Below are positions 5,527 to 6,346 of a stretch of DNA of 6,346 bases, piece by piece (the stretch's first letter is position 1; each line of letters starts with the position of its first letter). This DNA is from Escherichia coli (GTDB taxonomy: Bacteria > Pseudomonadota > Gammaproteobacteria > Enterobacterales > Enterobacteriaceae): NCBI RefSeq assembly GCF_036507355.1, contig NZ_AP027881.1; one strand, 5' to 3'. The translations under genes and the position numbers were made by a program. The notes under the pieces are model-generated. The model was not told where the DNA came from and ran no database searches. It saw nothing but the letters and a program-made list of their open reading frames with translations.

Positions 5527-6346
5527 GGCACTGTTGCAAAGTTAGCGATGAGGCAGCCTTTTGTCTTATTCAAAGGCCTTACATTTCAAAAACTCTGCTT
5601 ACCAGGCGCATTTCGCCCAGGGGATCACCATAATAAAATGCTGAGGCCTGGCCTTTGCGTAGTGCACGCATCACCTCAATACCTTTGATGGTGGCGTAAG
5701 CCGTCTTCATGGATTTAAATCCCAGCGTGGCGCCGATTATCCGTTTCAGTTTGCCATGATCGCATTCAATCACGTTGTTCCGGTACTTAATCTGTCGGTG
5801 TTCAACGTCAGACGGGCACCGGCCTTCGCGTTTGAGCAGAGCAAGCGCGCGACCATAGGCGGGCGCTTTATCCGTGTTGATGAATCGCGGGATCTGCCAC
5901 TTCTTCACGTTGTTGAGGATTTTACCCAGAAACCGGTATGCAGCTTTGCTGTTACGACGGGAGGAGAGATAAAAATCGACAGTGCGGCCCCGGCTGTCGA
6001 CGGCCCGGTACAGATACGCCCAGCGGCCATTGACCTTCACGTAGGTTTCATCCATGTGCCACGGGCAAAGATCGGAAGGGTTACGCCAGTACCAGCGCAG
6101 CCGTTTTTCCATTTCAGGCGCATAACGCTGAACCCAGCGGTAAATCGTGGAGTGATCGACATTCACTCCGCGTTCAGCCAGCATCTCCTGCAGCTCACGG
6201 TAACTGATGCCGTATTTGCAGTACCAGCGTACGGCCCACAGAATGATGTCACGCTGAAAATGCCGGCCTTTGAATGGGTTCATGTGCAGCTCCATCAGCA
6301 AAAGGGGATGATAAGTTTATCACCACCGACTATTTGCAACAGTGCC
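5527..6346 (-). mobile_element. IS26 (IS6 family), complete 820-bp copy
   Basis: 14-bp terminal inverted repeats GGCACTGTTGCAAA at 5527-5540 and its reverse complement at 6333-6346; length 820 bp; encodes the canonical Tnp26 sequence. The element ends at the last base of the window. Confidence 0.95.
5579..6283 (-). CDS. tnp26: IS26 transposase Tnp26, 234 aa
   Basis: Translation MNPFKGRHFQRDIILWAVRWYCKYGISYRELQEMLAERG...GEMRLVSRVFEM matches IS26 transposase as recalled. The track ORF carries a 6-codon upstream extension (MLMELH) that is probably not translated. Confidence 0.95.
   Translation of the reverse strand: MNPFKGRHFQRDIILWAVRWYCKYGISYRELQEMLAERGVNVDHSTIYRWVQRYAPEMEKRLRWYWRNPSDLCPWHMDETYVKVNGRWAYLYRAVDSRGRTVDFYLSSRRNSKAAYRFLGKILNNVKKWQIPRFINTDKAPAYGRALALLKREGRCPSDVEHRQIKYRNNVIECDHGKLKRIIGATLGFKSMKTAYATIKGIEVMRALRKGQASAFYYGDPLGEMRLVSRVFEM

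Noticed and set aside
5081-5573. ORFs of 154, 85, 76 and 71 aa across the tandem repeat tract
   Set aside because: Translations are repetitive read-outs of the 11-bp repeats (e.g. HHFYNTF repeated) on both strands; not genuine coding sequence.
6284-6301. Six-codon N-terminal extension (MLMELH) of the IS26 transposase ORF
   Set aside because: Canonical Tnp26 starts at MNPFKGRHFQ; the extension reaches into the region adjacent to the terminal repeat and is not part of the known protein.

Overview
Mosaic plasmid-type accessory region. Left to right: a GC-rich small DMT-family membrane protein gene (127-588); a short 3' remnant of an IS6-family element (about 590-817); three 28-bp XerC/XerD-type recombination cores in direct orientation (939-966, 2882-2909, 3334-3361), each immediately upstream of a low-GC orphan gene (lipoprotein 1034-1267, cytoplasmic protein 2945-3271, lipoprotein 3429-3806); two ColE1-type RNA II/RNA I replication origins in direct orientation (about 1283-1875 and 3974-4566), the second followed by a Rop/Rom homolog (4694-4885); a tract of roughly 11-bp tandem repeats (5189-5340); and a complete IS26 (5527-6346) ending exactly at the window edge. 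The candidate for something undescribed is the array of Xer-site-led single-gene cassettes encoding three proteins I cannot assign to any family, embedded in a double-replicon cointegrate. All calls are from reading the sequence and recalled consensus sequences; no database search was run.
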